From Gammaproteobacteria bacterium (GTDB lineage Bacteria > Pseudomonadota > Gammaproteobacteria > Eutrophobiales > Eutrophobiaceae): a stretch of DNA of 64,000 bases. Positions 42,286-52,561 of this stretch are shown here, in pieces; position 1 is the first letter of the stretch; each line of letters begins with the position of its first letter. The stretch covers positions 352,001 through 416,000 of the forward strand of contig CBDCTH010000012.1 in assembly GCA_965222155.1 (NCBI GenBank), written 5' to 3'. Under the pieces are notes generated by a model, which searched no databases, was not told the origin of the DNA, and saw nothing but the letters and a program-made list of their open reading frames with translations. The translations under genes were made by a program, and so were the position numbers.

Positions 42286-42603
42286 TTATTTGCTGGCTGC
42301 AATCAATTCAGCTACTTCTTCTTTCGTAGCGCCAAGGCTCAATAGAGATTTCATAACCAGATCGAAGGATACTGATGAGTCACCCGCTTCAATCTTGGCT
42401 ACCCGTGATTGACTGGATGAAATTACCTTTGCAAATTCAGTTTGGCTGAGGCGCTTTTTCATCCGTCTTGACCTGACTGAATCACATAAAGTAAGTTTCA
42501 TTTCTATATAGGCTGATTCTTCAGGGGAAAGGGACAGAAATTCATCAGTTGAACCAACCTTCCAACCCGCTCTTTCAAGTTTTTTTTGTTTATCTGGTCT
42601 CAT
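42286..42603 (-). CDS. XRE-family HTH antitoxin
   Basis: GWKVGSTDEFL, LSQTEFAKVISSSQSRVAKIEAG. Confidence 0.85.
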   Translation of the reverse strand: MRPDKQKKLERAGWKVGSTDEFLSLSPEESAYIEMKLTLCDSVRSRRMKKRLSQTEFAKVISSSQSRVAKIEAGDSSVSFDLVMKSLLSLGATKEEVAELIAASK

Positions 42604-42928
42604 CGTCGTACGCCTTCGTTCGTTTTATGCACACATCAATTATTTGTTTTGGAGTCTTACCGGTTTTCTTCTGAAAGACCTCAAACAGTACAATCGCATC
42701 TGAATCAATTCGATACATAATTCTCCAAGTAAAATATTTATCATTGATTCTCAACTCGTGACAGCGTTTTCCAACATCCGGCATCGGTCGTGATTGTGGC
42801 ATACTCAGCTTGTCGCCACGCTGTAGCCGTCTGAGTAAGAATCCTGCCTCAACCCTGGCTTCGTCTGAAAACGGTGGTGTTTTAATCTCACCGTGTAGCC
42901 AAACCAAGGGTTTATGTTTATCATCCAT
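42590..42928 (-). CDS. RelE/Gp49-like type II toxin
   Basis: KPLVWLHGEIKTPPFS, PQSRPMPDVGKRCHELRI, WRIMYRID, FQKKT.KTP. Confidence 0.85.
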   Translation of the reverse strand: MDDKHKPLVWLHGEIKTPPFSDEARVEAGFLLRRLQRGDKLSMPQSRPMPDVGKRCHELRINDKYFTWRIMYRIDSDAIVLFEVFQKKTGKTPKQIIDVCIKRTKAYDDETR

Positions 42929-42939
42929 TAAAAACCATA

Positions 42940-42959
42940 ATATGTCAAATATGACATAT
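42940..42959. promoter_or_regulatory. Probable TA operator palindrome
   Basis: atatgtca-aata-tgacatat just upstream of the toxin start codon. Confidence 0.55.
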
Positions 42960-43288
42960 ATTCAAGCGTGAAGCTCCATATAATTGAAATGGCAAATAGC
43001 TGTACTCACGAAAAACAGATAAGTATCGATATAGACGTCCCTGTGTACGCGATCGGCTTCCACTAAAGCCGTCAGAGAGTGGTTATCAAGCGATTCAGAT
43101 GCAGGCATGGGAATATGATGCTATCGTTTCTCCCGAAATTATACACCAACAGGACCTGCCGGTAGCGGCCGGATACTTACCGGGTCAGCAATATCCGACC
43201 ATTAATGCGCAAGATTACCCCCTGTATGACATTGAGCAGGGGCAATTAAAATGCCCCTGATACGGGCTGTTTATGAGGAAAAATAAAC

Positions 43289-43459
43289 ATGACAGATCGA
43301 ATTACCATTGCTGAGTACCATCAAAGGATTGCAGCACTGGCGCCTGCCCTGCGGGAACGGGCCGGTGAGGCGGAAACGTTGTTGTACAGGATAAAAAAGT
43401 ACTCAGCATGGATGAAGCAGAGATCATTCACAAGGCACAGTTGCGCGCTGACGAATTGA
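43289..43459 (+). pseudogene. N-terminal fragment of an acyl-CoA-dehydrogenase-fold flavin monooxygenase
   Basis: RBS gagg, then MTDRITIAEYHQRIAALAPALRERAGEAETL, then loss of similarity and an early stop. Confidence 0.45.
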
Positions 43460-43522
43460 GACGGTCCGCTCACCTCAACTGACAGGCGCTCCGGCTAAAT
43501 CGAGGTCAATACAGAAGACAGA

Positions 43523-43548
43523 GGGGGACAGATTTAAATCTGTCCCCC
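43523..43548. repeat. GGGGAC-type palindrome, copy 4
   Basis: gggggacagatttaaatctgtccccc; core identical to 916-939. Confidence 0.85.
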
Positions 43549-43791
43549 AAGTTCCAAGGGGCATGTTTCCCTACACCTGGAGAAAGCTGAAACCGTTGCC
43601 ATCCACGCCTACGTCATCAAACGCGCCCACGACCCGGAATATATTCCGGAAAGAAAGACATCGGTATTGGCATACTGATATGCAAGGAATTAACATGGAT
43701 ATACAGGATATACAGGATTATGGATTCCTGCTTGCGCGGGAATGGATGTCCCCGTTCGTCATTTCCGAAATGCAATGGGGACGGACTTCAA

Positions 43792-43952
43792 GTCCGTCCC
43801 CGGTAAGCCCCCCGTCCGTCCCCGGTAAGCCCCCCGTCCGTCCCCGGTAAGCCCCCCGTCCGTCCCCGGTAAGCCCCCCGTCCGTCCCCGGTAAGCCCCC
43901 CGTCCGTCCCCGGTAAGCCCCCCGTCCGTCCCCGGTAAGCCCCCCGTCCGTC
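43792..43952. repeat. Tandem repeat, 7 x 22 bp plus a 7-bp partial unit
   Basis: Unit gtccgtccccggtaagcccccc; starts within the right arm of palindrome ggggacggacttcaagtccgtcccc (43777-43801). Confidence 0.95.
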
Positions 43953-44081
43953 ATTCCTGCGGATGCAGGAATCCAGTAAACAAACAGTCACCTCAGGTGA
44001 CACATTTGTTTCCGTCACCCGGCTTAGTACGTGCCAGGAAGGCAAGCCCATTCCTGTTCATCTTGTACATCCATGTCAATG

Positions 44082-46516
44082 TTAAAAATTATAGCGCAGG
44101 CTTCCCCCGAACCAGCGCGGCTTGATGTAAGCCACCTCATTACACCCGCACAAGGTGGCCAGGTCGAACTTGATGGTTTCGTTCCTGGCATTGGCGATGT
44201 TATTGATGAAAAAGGTGAGGCTCCACTTGCCGCCGTCAGCCATATAGGAAATATTGGCGTTGCCCTCTATGGAATCGTCGATCCCGTTTGCCTCGTAGTT
44301 GTTTACGTTGGTGTAAAAGCTTGACCGGTAGTTGGCATCCATCTGTACTGCCATGGTCCCGTTAACCAGCGGCCACTCATACCACGCCAGGCCGCTCCAG
44401 GTGAAATCCGGCGAATAGGTGGGTTCGCGATCACCCACGATACCACCTGGGAATACAACGTCCTTGACCGTGAAGTCGAAAGCGCCCAGACCCATGATCA
44501 GGTCGAAGCCATCAAACGGCGTAACCGCGATATCTATCTCGCCTCCCACGTTGGTCGCTTCCTGGTTGGTCACCACGCTGGATACACCTACAAAGGAAAA
44601 GTTGTGGTAACCGTCATAGTCATAATAATAGACCGCGCCGGATACCCTTGCCCTGCCGTCCATCAGGACGGCCTTGAAACCACCTTCAAAAGCCAGGAGT
44701 TTCTCCTCATCATAGCCTATGTCATCAGCGGGCAAGGGCGGACCCGTAAGCGGAAGCGGCGCCTGGAACGAACCGGCTTTTACGCCCCGGTTGACACTGG
44801 CATATAACAACAGGTCCTCGCTGGGTTTCCAGTTCAGTTGCACCTTGCCGGCCCATAAGGTGTTGCTGGTATCTTCTACGTAGGCCGCGCCGCTCGGGTC
44901 CTCGGCACTGGTGGGAAAAAAGAATGTAGGTTGATCGAGATCATGGCGTAATAAATCATCACTGATGCTCGCCAGTGCATGCAGGTTGAATTCCTTCTCT
45001 TCCTGGATCACCCGCGCCCCGATAATGAAGGTCAAATCGCTGGTCAGGTCATATTCGAGCTGCCCGAAAACCGAATAGGAATCCGTCTCCAGGGTTTCGT
45101 CGTTCGGGGCGTCATAAGGCAGGTCGTCGGGTACGCCGAAGAATGCTCCGAAGGGAATAAAGAGTGAACCCGGAGGGATCAAGAAGCCGGCGGTAAAATC
45201 CGTATTTATATTGAGATAGTATAAACCCGCTACCCATCTCGTACGCTCGGTTTCACCATTCAGTCTTATTTCCTGGCTGAATTGCCACTGGTCGGTGATC
45301 TGCTCATAGATCAACTGGTTTGTCGGGCCGGCATCAACGTCGGTAGTCTGGATACGATCAAACTTTTTATAGTCGCTGATGGCGGTCAGGGTCATGTCGT
45401 TATCCAGCTCCCAGGTCAGCTTGCCGTTGAAACCGTAAAACTCGAACACCGCCTGATCGTCATAGGCCCAGTCCTTGGACACGTCCAGCCCGTCACCGTC
45501 GGGGTCAACGAAACCGAAGAAATCACCGCCGGGCACTGGCCGTGTTTGGGTGGTGGGCAGGCAGCCTCCGTCGACGTTGGCGCCGCTGGGGCCGATGACC
45601 GTGCGCGTCTCGTCGGGCGCGGCGATCAATGTCTCCACTATCCGTCCCTGATCATCGCATACCGCAATGGTGGAAATTTCCTGGTAGGGGTTTTCCCCCT
45701 GCTCCACGCGGTAGCCATGTCCCATCAGGTCAACGGTAACGTTTTCGCCCGGGTCCCAGCGGAGTTTGACACGGTCGGCAATGTTATCGTCATTCCAGTG
45801 ATCTTTACCCCCGCCGGGAGGCGCCGCGCCTACGGCAGGGGCAGAAAGGGGACCGGTGTCTGGATAGATATTGTTGTAGATACCGTCGTGCCGGTTGTAA
45901 TACAGCGCAGCCCGGGCCGACACCCCGTTTCCCAGCGGGCCGCTGACCGCGCCCTGGAAATTCACCTGGTCATAGCTGCCGTAGGTCACGTCGGCATAGC
46001 CTTCGAATTCATCGGTGGGGGCGCGGGAAATATAATGCACCAGGCCGGCCGTCGCGTTACGACCGAAAAGCATGCCCTGGGGTCCTTTCAGAATTTCGAC
46101 CCGTTCGATATCAAACAGGGAAAAAATTCCCGCGCCGATGTTGGCGACGTAGCCCTCATCCAGGTAAATGGCCGTCGTCCCCTCGGCAATTTCATTGAAT
46201 TCGTTCAGGGAGGCGCCACGAATGACAAACTGCTGGTTCTGTGGCCGCCGCCTCCGGCGGAAACGTCGACAGAAGCCGCTAAAGCCGCGACTTTGGTGGA
46301 ATCCGTGTAACCAAGCTGGTCGATCTGGTCGCCGGTAAAGGCGGTAATCGAAATACCGACGTCGTAGACGGACTATTCACGTTTCTGCGCCGTCACAACC
46401 ACTTCTTCCAGTAAGGCAGCCAACACAGCCGACGTCGGCAGCGCAAACGAGAATGTCAGGATGAGACAGAAGAACGGATGGATTCGGTTGAAAATGCCGG
46501 AGTTCACCAGGTGCAT
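44082..46516 (-). pseudogene. TonB-dependent receptor, disrupted by a nonsense codon and a frameshift
   Basis: MHLVNSG...LEEVVVTAQKRE-TAG (46373)-SVYDVGISITAF..., frameshift near 46240, then RVEILKGPQGMLFGRN and an intact barrel ending RYNF. Confidence 0.85.
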
Positions 46517-46646
46517 GATTGTTTCCCCCTTATTGTGAGACAGGATAACTACCAAGGTGGTATAGCACAATCATCCGCATTCTGCCGGATAAAAACGCCC
46601 GGAAATCCAGTGAAACAAAGGGTCGCCGGGGCGACACAGTATTATA

Positions 46647-46675
46647 CTGGATACCGGGTCAGGCCCGGTATGACG
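46647..46675 (-). repeat. REP-like hairpin
   Basis: Reverse complement cgtcataccgggcctgacccggtatccag, same family as 23506-23534. Confidence 0.65.
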
Positions 46676-46706
46676 ATGGAGTGGCTAGCGACAAACGAGG
46701 GAAATA

Positions 46707-48089
46707 TCAGCCAAGGTTCTTCTGCAGGTAACCTGCCGCAGCCAGCGCAACGTCTTCCCGGTAAGGCTGCGCGGCCAGTTGCACTCCCAGCGGCAATCCA
46801 TCCTGGACGCCGGCAGGGGCGACGGCAACAGGCGTTCCCGCCAGGGCAAAGGTATGGACGTAATTGAAAGCCCGGTAAAGAAAATACTCGTCCTGCGGGA
46901 TCCCGAAAGGCGTTTCCATGTGGCGTGGCGCTGGCCCGGTAGTCACCGGCGCTATGACCAGGTCATAGTCATTCATGAATTGACGCATGCGCGCCCGGAA
47001 GGCAAAGAAGCGCCCCTGCAAATCGAAAAAGTTCGGCAGGCTCATGGACTCGCCAAATCCCTCAAGCAAGGTTTTGAACTGTATATGGTGGCGAGCGTTG
47101 GCACCGTCGAGGTCTTTCAGCGTGCGTACGCCGCCATCTGCCCCCGCCATGGAGAAGAATATAGCAGTTGCAGCGCTGACGTCAGGAAGCTCAGCCGCAC
47201 TGACCCGGCAGCCGGCCTGTTCCATCGCCTTAACCGCGGTGGCCAGTGCTTTTTCGGTTTCCGGGCTGACTTTGGCGACGCCGTCATAGTCATAAAATCC
47301 CACCCGCAACTCGCTGATTGTTACGCTGTCAGGCGATAGCAGCGGGGCCAACGGCGCGTAGGGGTCTATCCAGTCAGGCCCTGAAATGACGGATAAAATC
47401 AATGCCAGGTCCTCGGCATAGCGCGCCATCGGCCCGACGCACATCAAGTCGCGGTAGCCCGTATCCCGAGTCACTGGCCAGGTGCCCGTATCCGGCACGC
47501 GGCCTGTCGTCGGCCTGATACCGTAGATGCCGCAATAGTGGCTGGGCACACGGATGGAGCCGCCGCCATCCAGGCCGATACCGACAAGCGAGGCATCGGC
47601 GCCAAGCAAGGCGCCCTCTCCACCGGAAGACCCACCGGCTGTGCGCTGCGTGTCAAACGGGTTGTTGGTGCAGCCGAAGATAGCGTTATCAGTCTCGTAG
47701 GAAGAGGAATATTCAGGCACATTGGTCTTCGCGACCACGATAGCGCCGGCCGCGCGCAAGCGCGCAACTACGGTCGAATCCTTCTCCGGCCGGAAATTCT
47801 CCCGCGCAAACGAGCCGCCGGTACAGGGAAAACCCACGGCATCGATGGAGTCTTTCACGGTAATCGGCAGGCCCAGCAACGGCAGGTCGGCTCCCTGACG
47901 GCGCTGTGAATCTGCGGCCTGTGCCTGTTTGATACAGGTCTCCGGGTCATCTGCGACGACGGCATTCAACTCCTTATTTGCCCCATTGATCCGCGCAATA
48001 GTCTGATTGACCAACTCTACCGATGATATCTCACCTTTCTTCAGTCGGCCAAGCCATTCCGTCGCGGAAGGTTCGGTGATATTTTTCAT
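46707..48089 (-). CDS. Amidase (amidase signature family)
   Basis: GLPITVKD (Lys), GGSSGGE, DGGGSIRVP (Ser-Ser-Lys triad), GLPLGVQL. Confidence 0.92.
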   Translation of the reverse strand: MKNITEPSATEWLGRLKKGEISSVELVNQTIARINGANKELNAVVADDPETCIKQAQAADSQRRQGADLPLLGLPITVKDSIDAVGFPCTGGSFARENFRPEKDSTVVARLRAAGAIVVAKTNVPEYSSSYETDNAIFGCTNNPFDTQRTAGGSSGGEGALLGADASLVGIGLDGGGSIRVPSHYCGIYGIRPTTGRVPDTGTWPVTRDTGYRDLMCVGPMARYAEDLALILSVISGPDWIDPYAPLAPLLSPDSVTISELRVGFYDYDGVAKVSPETEKALATAVKAMEQAGCRVSAAELPDVSAATAIFFSMAGADGGVRTLKDLDGANARHHIQFKTLLEGFGESMSLPNFFDLQGRFFAFRARMRQFMNDYDLVIAPVTTGPAPRHMETPFGIPQDEYFLYRAFNYVHTFALAGTPVAVAPAGVQDGLPLGVQLAAQPYREDVALAAAGYLQKNLG

Positions 48090-48135
48090 GCCACAACAAG
48101 CGCCGATATGGTTGATGATAAGCGGGAATACCGGG

Positions 48136-49302
48136 TCACAGGTGTTTCTTACCCAAGCTGATTGCCGTCAAGTGCCACACCAGTGACAGGGCCAGGAACA
48201 AGCCGCAGATTATGTATAGCAGGGAGAAACCGCCTGCCAGCATATTCGCGGCAAGGGCCGGACCCAGTCCCGAACCCAGACCGGCAACGGCATTCAGCAA
48301 CAGCATCGGCCTGCCGTCCCGGTCAAATGCCGCCAGCAAAGCGAACTGGTAGGGAACATACATGTACCAGCCAAAGCAAAACAACACGGTTGCGATGCTG
48401 AAGAGCAGGTAGTTGAAACCCTGGGACAGCAGCAACAGCCCGATCAACTGGATTGTCAGGCCCACGGATAGCGGCAGGATTCGTCCCATTTTGATGTTTA
48501 ACGCGGCGGCAACATACGCGCCCAGTAACCCCCCGAACAGACCCGTGCTGACCGCGTTGCCGGTTTGCTGCTTGGTAAACCCCGCATCAATGCCAATTGG
48601 CGCAATATAGGTCCAGAAAGCGCCTATGGCTGTGAAGAAGAAGATGAGCCCCATCATAACCAGCGCACACATAAACCAGTGAAACCTGTCATTGCCTTGT
48701 CCCTGAGAGGCGCTTTTCCAGCGTACGACAGGCATGAAACGGGATACGAGAACAATAGCCAGCAGCTCCAGCAGGCACAGAATCAGAAAAATTCCATCCA
48801 GCCCCGCCATGTCCAGCACCGACGGAAAGCTAAAACTGGCGATAATCGCAAAGCCCACCTGTGTGGCCATGAAGGAGCCAAAATTCCTGTCCGTATTGGT
48901 GGTCAGTCCCAAGCCGTAAGCAGCGAAGGAAACACACACCCCGCCAGCAAAACCCGAAATGAAACGCAGGACCAACAACTGCGTTATATTCCCGGTGAGC
49001 GTACAGGCAAAATCGCTGATTAACAGCAACGCCAGCCCAAAGCGCGCCAGGTTCCTCCAATCAAGGAACTTCAACAATATGACACTGGCAATGGAGCCAA
49101 GACCGAGCCCCAGCAACTGGAATGAGGATAGCTGTCCTATTTGACGTTCAGAGAACCCCAGTTCGGAGACAAACCCGAGGATAAGTGAAGGCAGTGCCTG
49201 GAACGAAGCAATCCCCAACAAGCCGGTGATGATCAGCGTGACCAGAAATCGGCTGGAATCCAGTTCCTGACGTAACTCCGATGATAGTGAATTGGTTTGC
49301 AC
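48136..49302 (-). CDS. MFS transporter
   Basis: About 12 hydrophobic segments; distantly similar to the two MFS genes at 33 and 38 kb (LAAFDRDGR). Confidence 0.82.
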   Translation of the reverse strand: MQTNSLSSELRQELDSSRFLVTLIITGLLGIASFQALPSLILGFVSELGFSERQIGQLSSFQLLGLGLGSIASVILLKFLDWRNLARFGLALLLISDFACTLTGNITQLLVLRFISGFAGGVCVSFAAYGLGLTTNTDRNFGSFMATQVGFAIIASFSFPSVLDMAGLDGIFLILCLLELLAIVLVSRFMPVVRWKSASQGQGNDRFHWFMCALVMMGLIFFFTAIGAFWTYIAPIGIDAGFTKQQTGNAVSTGLFGGLLGAYVAAALNIKMGRILPLSVGLTIQLIGLLLLSQGFNYLLFSIATVLFCFGWYMYVPYQFALLAAFDRDGRPMLLLNAVAGLGSGLGPALAANMLAGGFSLLYIICGLFLALSLVWHLTAISLGKKHL

Positions 49303-49399
49303 GATTGCTCCTCAAGGTGTTTTGAGTATTATGTCACTATGCTGGAAAATATCACTTCGTTTTTCCGGTAATCCATGTCAAGCAGCTATTACCTCGTTA

Positions 49400-50548
49400 T
49401 CACAATTTCAACAGTTCGCAGAATTGTGTTACAGGGATAACCCGGGCTTTCAACTCTGCCCTCTCATAGTGTTTGACCCCGGCATGTACCTGATAATAAA
49501 AAGGAATATCTGTACGCTGCGAGAAATAAGCTATATTCCTGCTCAGGTTCCGCTCCCCTGTCTTGCACTCAACCGCAAATAACGGCTTATTATTTTCAAT
49601 CACGACAAAGTCCAGTTCTCTTCCGTTTGCGTCCCTGACAAACCTCAGTTCCATTTCATCACCCTCGGTATCTTCCCGGAAATGGCAATATTTCAACAAA
49701 TGAGACGCCACCATGTTTTCAAAACGCGCGCGCTCATCACTGCAAAGAGACCAGTCCCAGAGATACAGCTTCCGTTCTTTTTTCATGGCCCGCAACCGAG
49801 GCAGCCCATAAGGAGAAATCCTGAAACAATAATACAGGTTTTCCAGGATCGTGACCCAACGGTCCACGGTTTCGTAAGCGACCGACAGTTCCTGCTTCAG
49901 TTTGTTAAGCGAAAGGATGGAAGACACCTTGTCCGGCAACATACGGGCAAGTAAATCCAGTTGCGATACCTCTTTTACATTTTCAAGGTTGATCAAATCC
50001 TCCTGGATAACGCGGCTTTGCCGCTCCCGCTGCCACCTTTTCCAGTGCCGGGTATTCTGTTTCAAAAACGGCTCGGGGAAACCGCCATAGTGCATCAGGG
50101 CAGAGAAATCAGACCGGGTCGGTTTGTTATTCAATTCATATAATGAAAGAGGGTGCAGGCGGCAGTAGTGATAGCGTCCCTGCAACGAATCGCCCCCTCT
50201 CCGATAATGATCCAGACGCGCAGAGCCGGTGATCAGGAAGCGCTTTGTGGATTTGAACTTATCGTAAAAACCCTTAACCAGGTTACGCCAGTGTCTGTAT
50301 TTATGTATCTCGTCAAGGATAATCAGGGATTGATCTGCCGGCAAACCACCGTCCAGCAGCATCCGCTGCGTTTCATACAAATCCCAGTTAAGGTACGCAG
50401 GGTGAGATTCGTCAGCGCCTGTGATCAGGCCGAGCGCAAGCGTCGTCTTACCCACCTGCCTGGGCCCACCCAAAAAGACCATTTTCTCCGCCAGGTCCTC
50501 ATTAATACAGGCCGTCAGGTAGCGGTTCAGGAGCAAGATTTCTGACAT
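49400..50548 (-). CDS. AAA_14 ATPase with DUF4143 domain
   Basis: GPRQVGKTT, ILDEIHK, TGSARLD...GGDSLQGR, KLYLWDW, FENMVA, RELDFV...AVECK. Confidence 0.88.
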   Translation of the reverse strand: MSEILLLNRYLTACINEDLAEKMVFLGGPRQVGKTTLALGLITGADESHPAYLNWDLYETQRMLLDGGLPADQSLIILDEIHKYRHWRNLVKGFYDKFKSTKRFLITGSARLDHYRRGGDSLQGRYHYCRLHPLSLYELNNKPTRSDFSALMHYGGFPEPFLKQNTRHWKRWQRERQSRVIQEDLINLENVKEVSQLDLLARMLPDKVSSILSLNKLKQELSVAYETVDRWVTILENLYYCFRISPYGLPRLRAMKKERKLYLWDWSLCSDERARFENMVASHLLKYCHFREDTEGDEMELRFVRDANGRELDFVVIENNKPLFAVECKTGERNLSRNIAYFSQRTDIPFYYQVHAGVKHYERAELKARVIPVTQFCELLKL

Positions 50549-50734
50549 ATCATTTTTTGTAAATTTTAGAGTATACTCTATAATAAACGTGATAATTTCA
50601 GAGTCAACCCTAAATTTTACCTGTAGCCCGGATTTCTCAAGAGTTTATCGAGCAGACTCCTTCATAATCCCATCATCAGAAAATGTATGACATACTACGA
50701 TTTACCTACAGCGAATTATTAACATACTTCTGTC

Positions 50735-50979
50735 TAACCCGCATTTCTCACCAGTTCGCTTGTTGTCATCGGCTAGTTGTTTGCTGTCAATACGTTATGA
50801 TAATCTGCTCACTATATCAACATAACAGACTGCGCTTGATGCGCCCTCGCTTGTCTTTTTGCCGCCAGCGGGCACGTGCTCCCTCAACCAGAGCTACGGC
50901 TATGCTTTCGGTCGCAGGCACCCGCCGCCGGCAAAAATCCGGCGCGATCATCGCATTAACTGGTGAGAAATGCGGGCTA
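50735..50979. mobile_element. MITE-like non-autonomous element
   Basis: Terminal inverted repeats taacccgcatttctcaccagtt and aactggtgagaaatgcgggcta (21/22), outer TA dinucleotides, about 245 bp, no transposase. Confidence 0.75.
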
Positions 50980-51027
50980 AGAGCAATTTTCATCAAATTT
51001 TAACCCTGAACGCCCAACACAAACACC

Positions 51028-51849
51028 ATGAAACCGGAAGACTATCCCCCTCAGGAACCCGTACCCGAATTTGCCAGGGAGTACAACAAATACCTCCTGC
51101 AAAGGGCGGCAGAACTTGGCGGCGCTGAAGACAATTATGGCCCGGACCCCTACCAGAGCGTTCTCTATTTCCCTGCCCCGGCGCCTGACGGTAACGTGTT
51201 CATCATGATCCACGGCGGCGGCTGGGTCGGTGGCTACAAGGAATGGATGGCGTTCATGGCGCCGCTGTTCAACCAGGCCGGCATCGGCTTCGTCAGCAGC
51301 GGTTACCGGCTGGCCCCGACCCACGTCTTCCCGTCCGGACTGGATGACTGCATGAGTGGGCTGAGATGGGTTTACAACAACGTCGACAAGCTGTCCGGCG
51401 ATCCGGCCCGCCTGTTCATCTCCGGCCACTCCGCCGGCGGCCACCAGACCAGCCTCATGGCCGTGCGCAAGGACTGGCAGGAAGACTACGGGCTGCCCGT
51501 GGATGTCGTACGCGGCTGCCTGCCCGTCTCCGGCGTATTCGACTTCCGTGAAGGCTCAGGCCTGTCCATGCGCCCCCGCTTCCTGGGCCCAACCGGCAAC
51601 GAGGAAGCCGCCAGTCCCATCTGTAATATCCAGGGCACGCCGCCCCCGTTCTTCCTGTCCTGGGGCAGCAAGGATTTCCCTCACTTGATTACCCAGGCGC
51701 AGAAGATGGAACAGGCGCTACGTGAGGCGGGTGGGGAGACCACCAGCCTGGAACTGGAGGGTTGTGACCATCTGCAGGCCAATCTGGTATGCGGCGACTC
51801 GGACGGACCCTGGGCGGGCAGGGTGATTGAGTGGATCAAGGAGCATTGA
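51028..51849 (+). CDS. Alpha/beta hydrolase (arylformamidase/esterase-like)
   Basis: YGPDPYQ, IHGGGW, YRLAP, GHSAGG nucleophile elbow, C-terminal DH. Confidence 0.88.
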   Translation: MKPEDYPPQEPVPEFAREYNKYLLQRAAELGGAEDNYGPDPYQSVLYFPAPAPDGNVFIMIHGGGWVGGYKEWMAFMAPLFNQAGIGFVSSGYRLAPTHVFPSGLDDCMSGLRWVYNNVDKLSGDPARLFISGHSAGGHQTSLMAVRKDWQEDYGLPVDVVRGCLPVSGVFDFREGSGLSMRPRFLGPTGNEEAASPICNIQGTPPPFFLSWGSKDFPHLITQAQKMEQALREAGGETTSLELEGCDHLQANLVCGDSDGPWAGRVIEWIKEH

Positions 51850-51902
51850 TACGCAGCATTTTCCAATCCCGGGGCTAACGTCCCCTCTCCCCTGGAGGGA
51901 GA

Positions 51903-52310
51903 TCAGTCCACCCAATCCTCGAATGATAGACCCTTTATCCGGTTAAATTCTTTAGTGTTGTGGGTGACGAGTATTGCATCTTCTGCAAGGGCATGACAGG
52001 CAATCCACAAATCGTTCGCGCCAACAGGCATGCCAGTTTCCTTCAGGTAGGTAAAATGAGCGGCATATTGTTCACATAAAGTACGATTAACGTGATAAAT
52101 CACGGGAACCTGCCTGACTAATTGACCCAGTTGGCGCAATACCCTGTCTTTGCGCGTACTGCGCTCTGCGCCCTTAAGCATTTCCGCATAGGTAAAAAAA
52201 GACATGCATAGCTGGGCATCCTCTCCCAGCTTGTTGAAGCGTTGCGCTACTGACACAGGCTTGTTCTTGAGCAGGTAAATCAGGATATTCGTATCCAGCA
52301 TATACCTCAT
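51903..52310 (-). CDS. vapC: VapC PIN-domain toxin
   Basis: YMLDTNILIY, YAEM..G, GANDLWIACHA, LVTHNTKEF.RI.GL..EDW. Confidence 0.9.
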   Translation of the reverse strand: MRYMLDTNILIYLLKNKPVSVAQRFNKLGEDAQLCMSFFTYAEMLKGAERSTRKDRVLRQLGQLVRQVPVIYHVNRTLCEQYAAHFTYLKETGMPVGANDLWIACHALAEDAILVTHNTKEFNRIKGLSFEDWVD

Positions 52311-52561
52311 AAGTCTTCCCTTTCCTGTACTGTAGGCTGGGTCCGATAATTTTCTTCGAGAATGTCAATAAAATCATTATCGAACGCTGACAATGCATCA
52401 AGGAGCGCAGTGCCGCGATTTTCAGGTATTGCATGGATCACAAGGTCGCCATCTTTATTCCGGGTAATTTCTACCTGAGAAGTATTCAATCTGAATTCCT
52501 GCGGAATACGTACTGCCTGGCTGTTGCCGTTCATGAATACCCGGCTGTTCAATGTAGTCAT
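52307..52561 (-). CDS. vapB: VapB AbrB/MazE-type antitoxin
   Basis: SRVFMNGNSQAVRIPQEFRL; 4-bp overlap with vapC. Confidence 0.9.
   Translation of the reverse strand: MTTLNSRVFMNGNSQAVRIPQEFRLNTSQVEITRNKDGDLVIHAIPENRGTALLDALSAFDNDFIDILEENYRTQPTVQEREDL

Noticed and set aside
43792-43952. Possible CRISPR array
   Set aside because: The 22-bp units are directly adjacent with no unique spacers, and there are no cas genes in the window.
43563-44051. Repetitive ORFs (GGLPGTDGGLTGDGRGAYRGRT)
   Set aside because: They are translations of the 22-bp DNA tandem repeat in rotating frames.
50683-51003. 106-aa ORF
   Set aside because: It spans the MITE and has no protein-like motifs.
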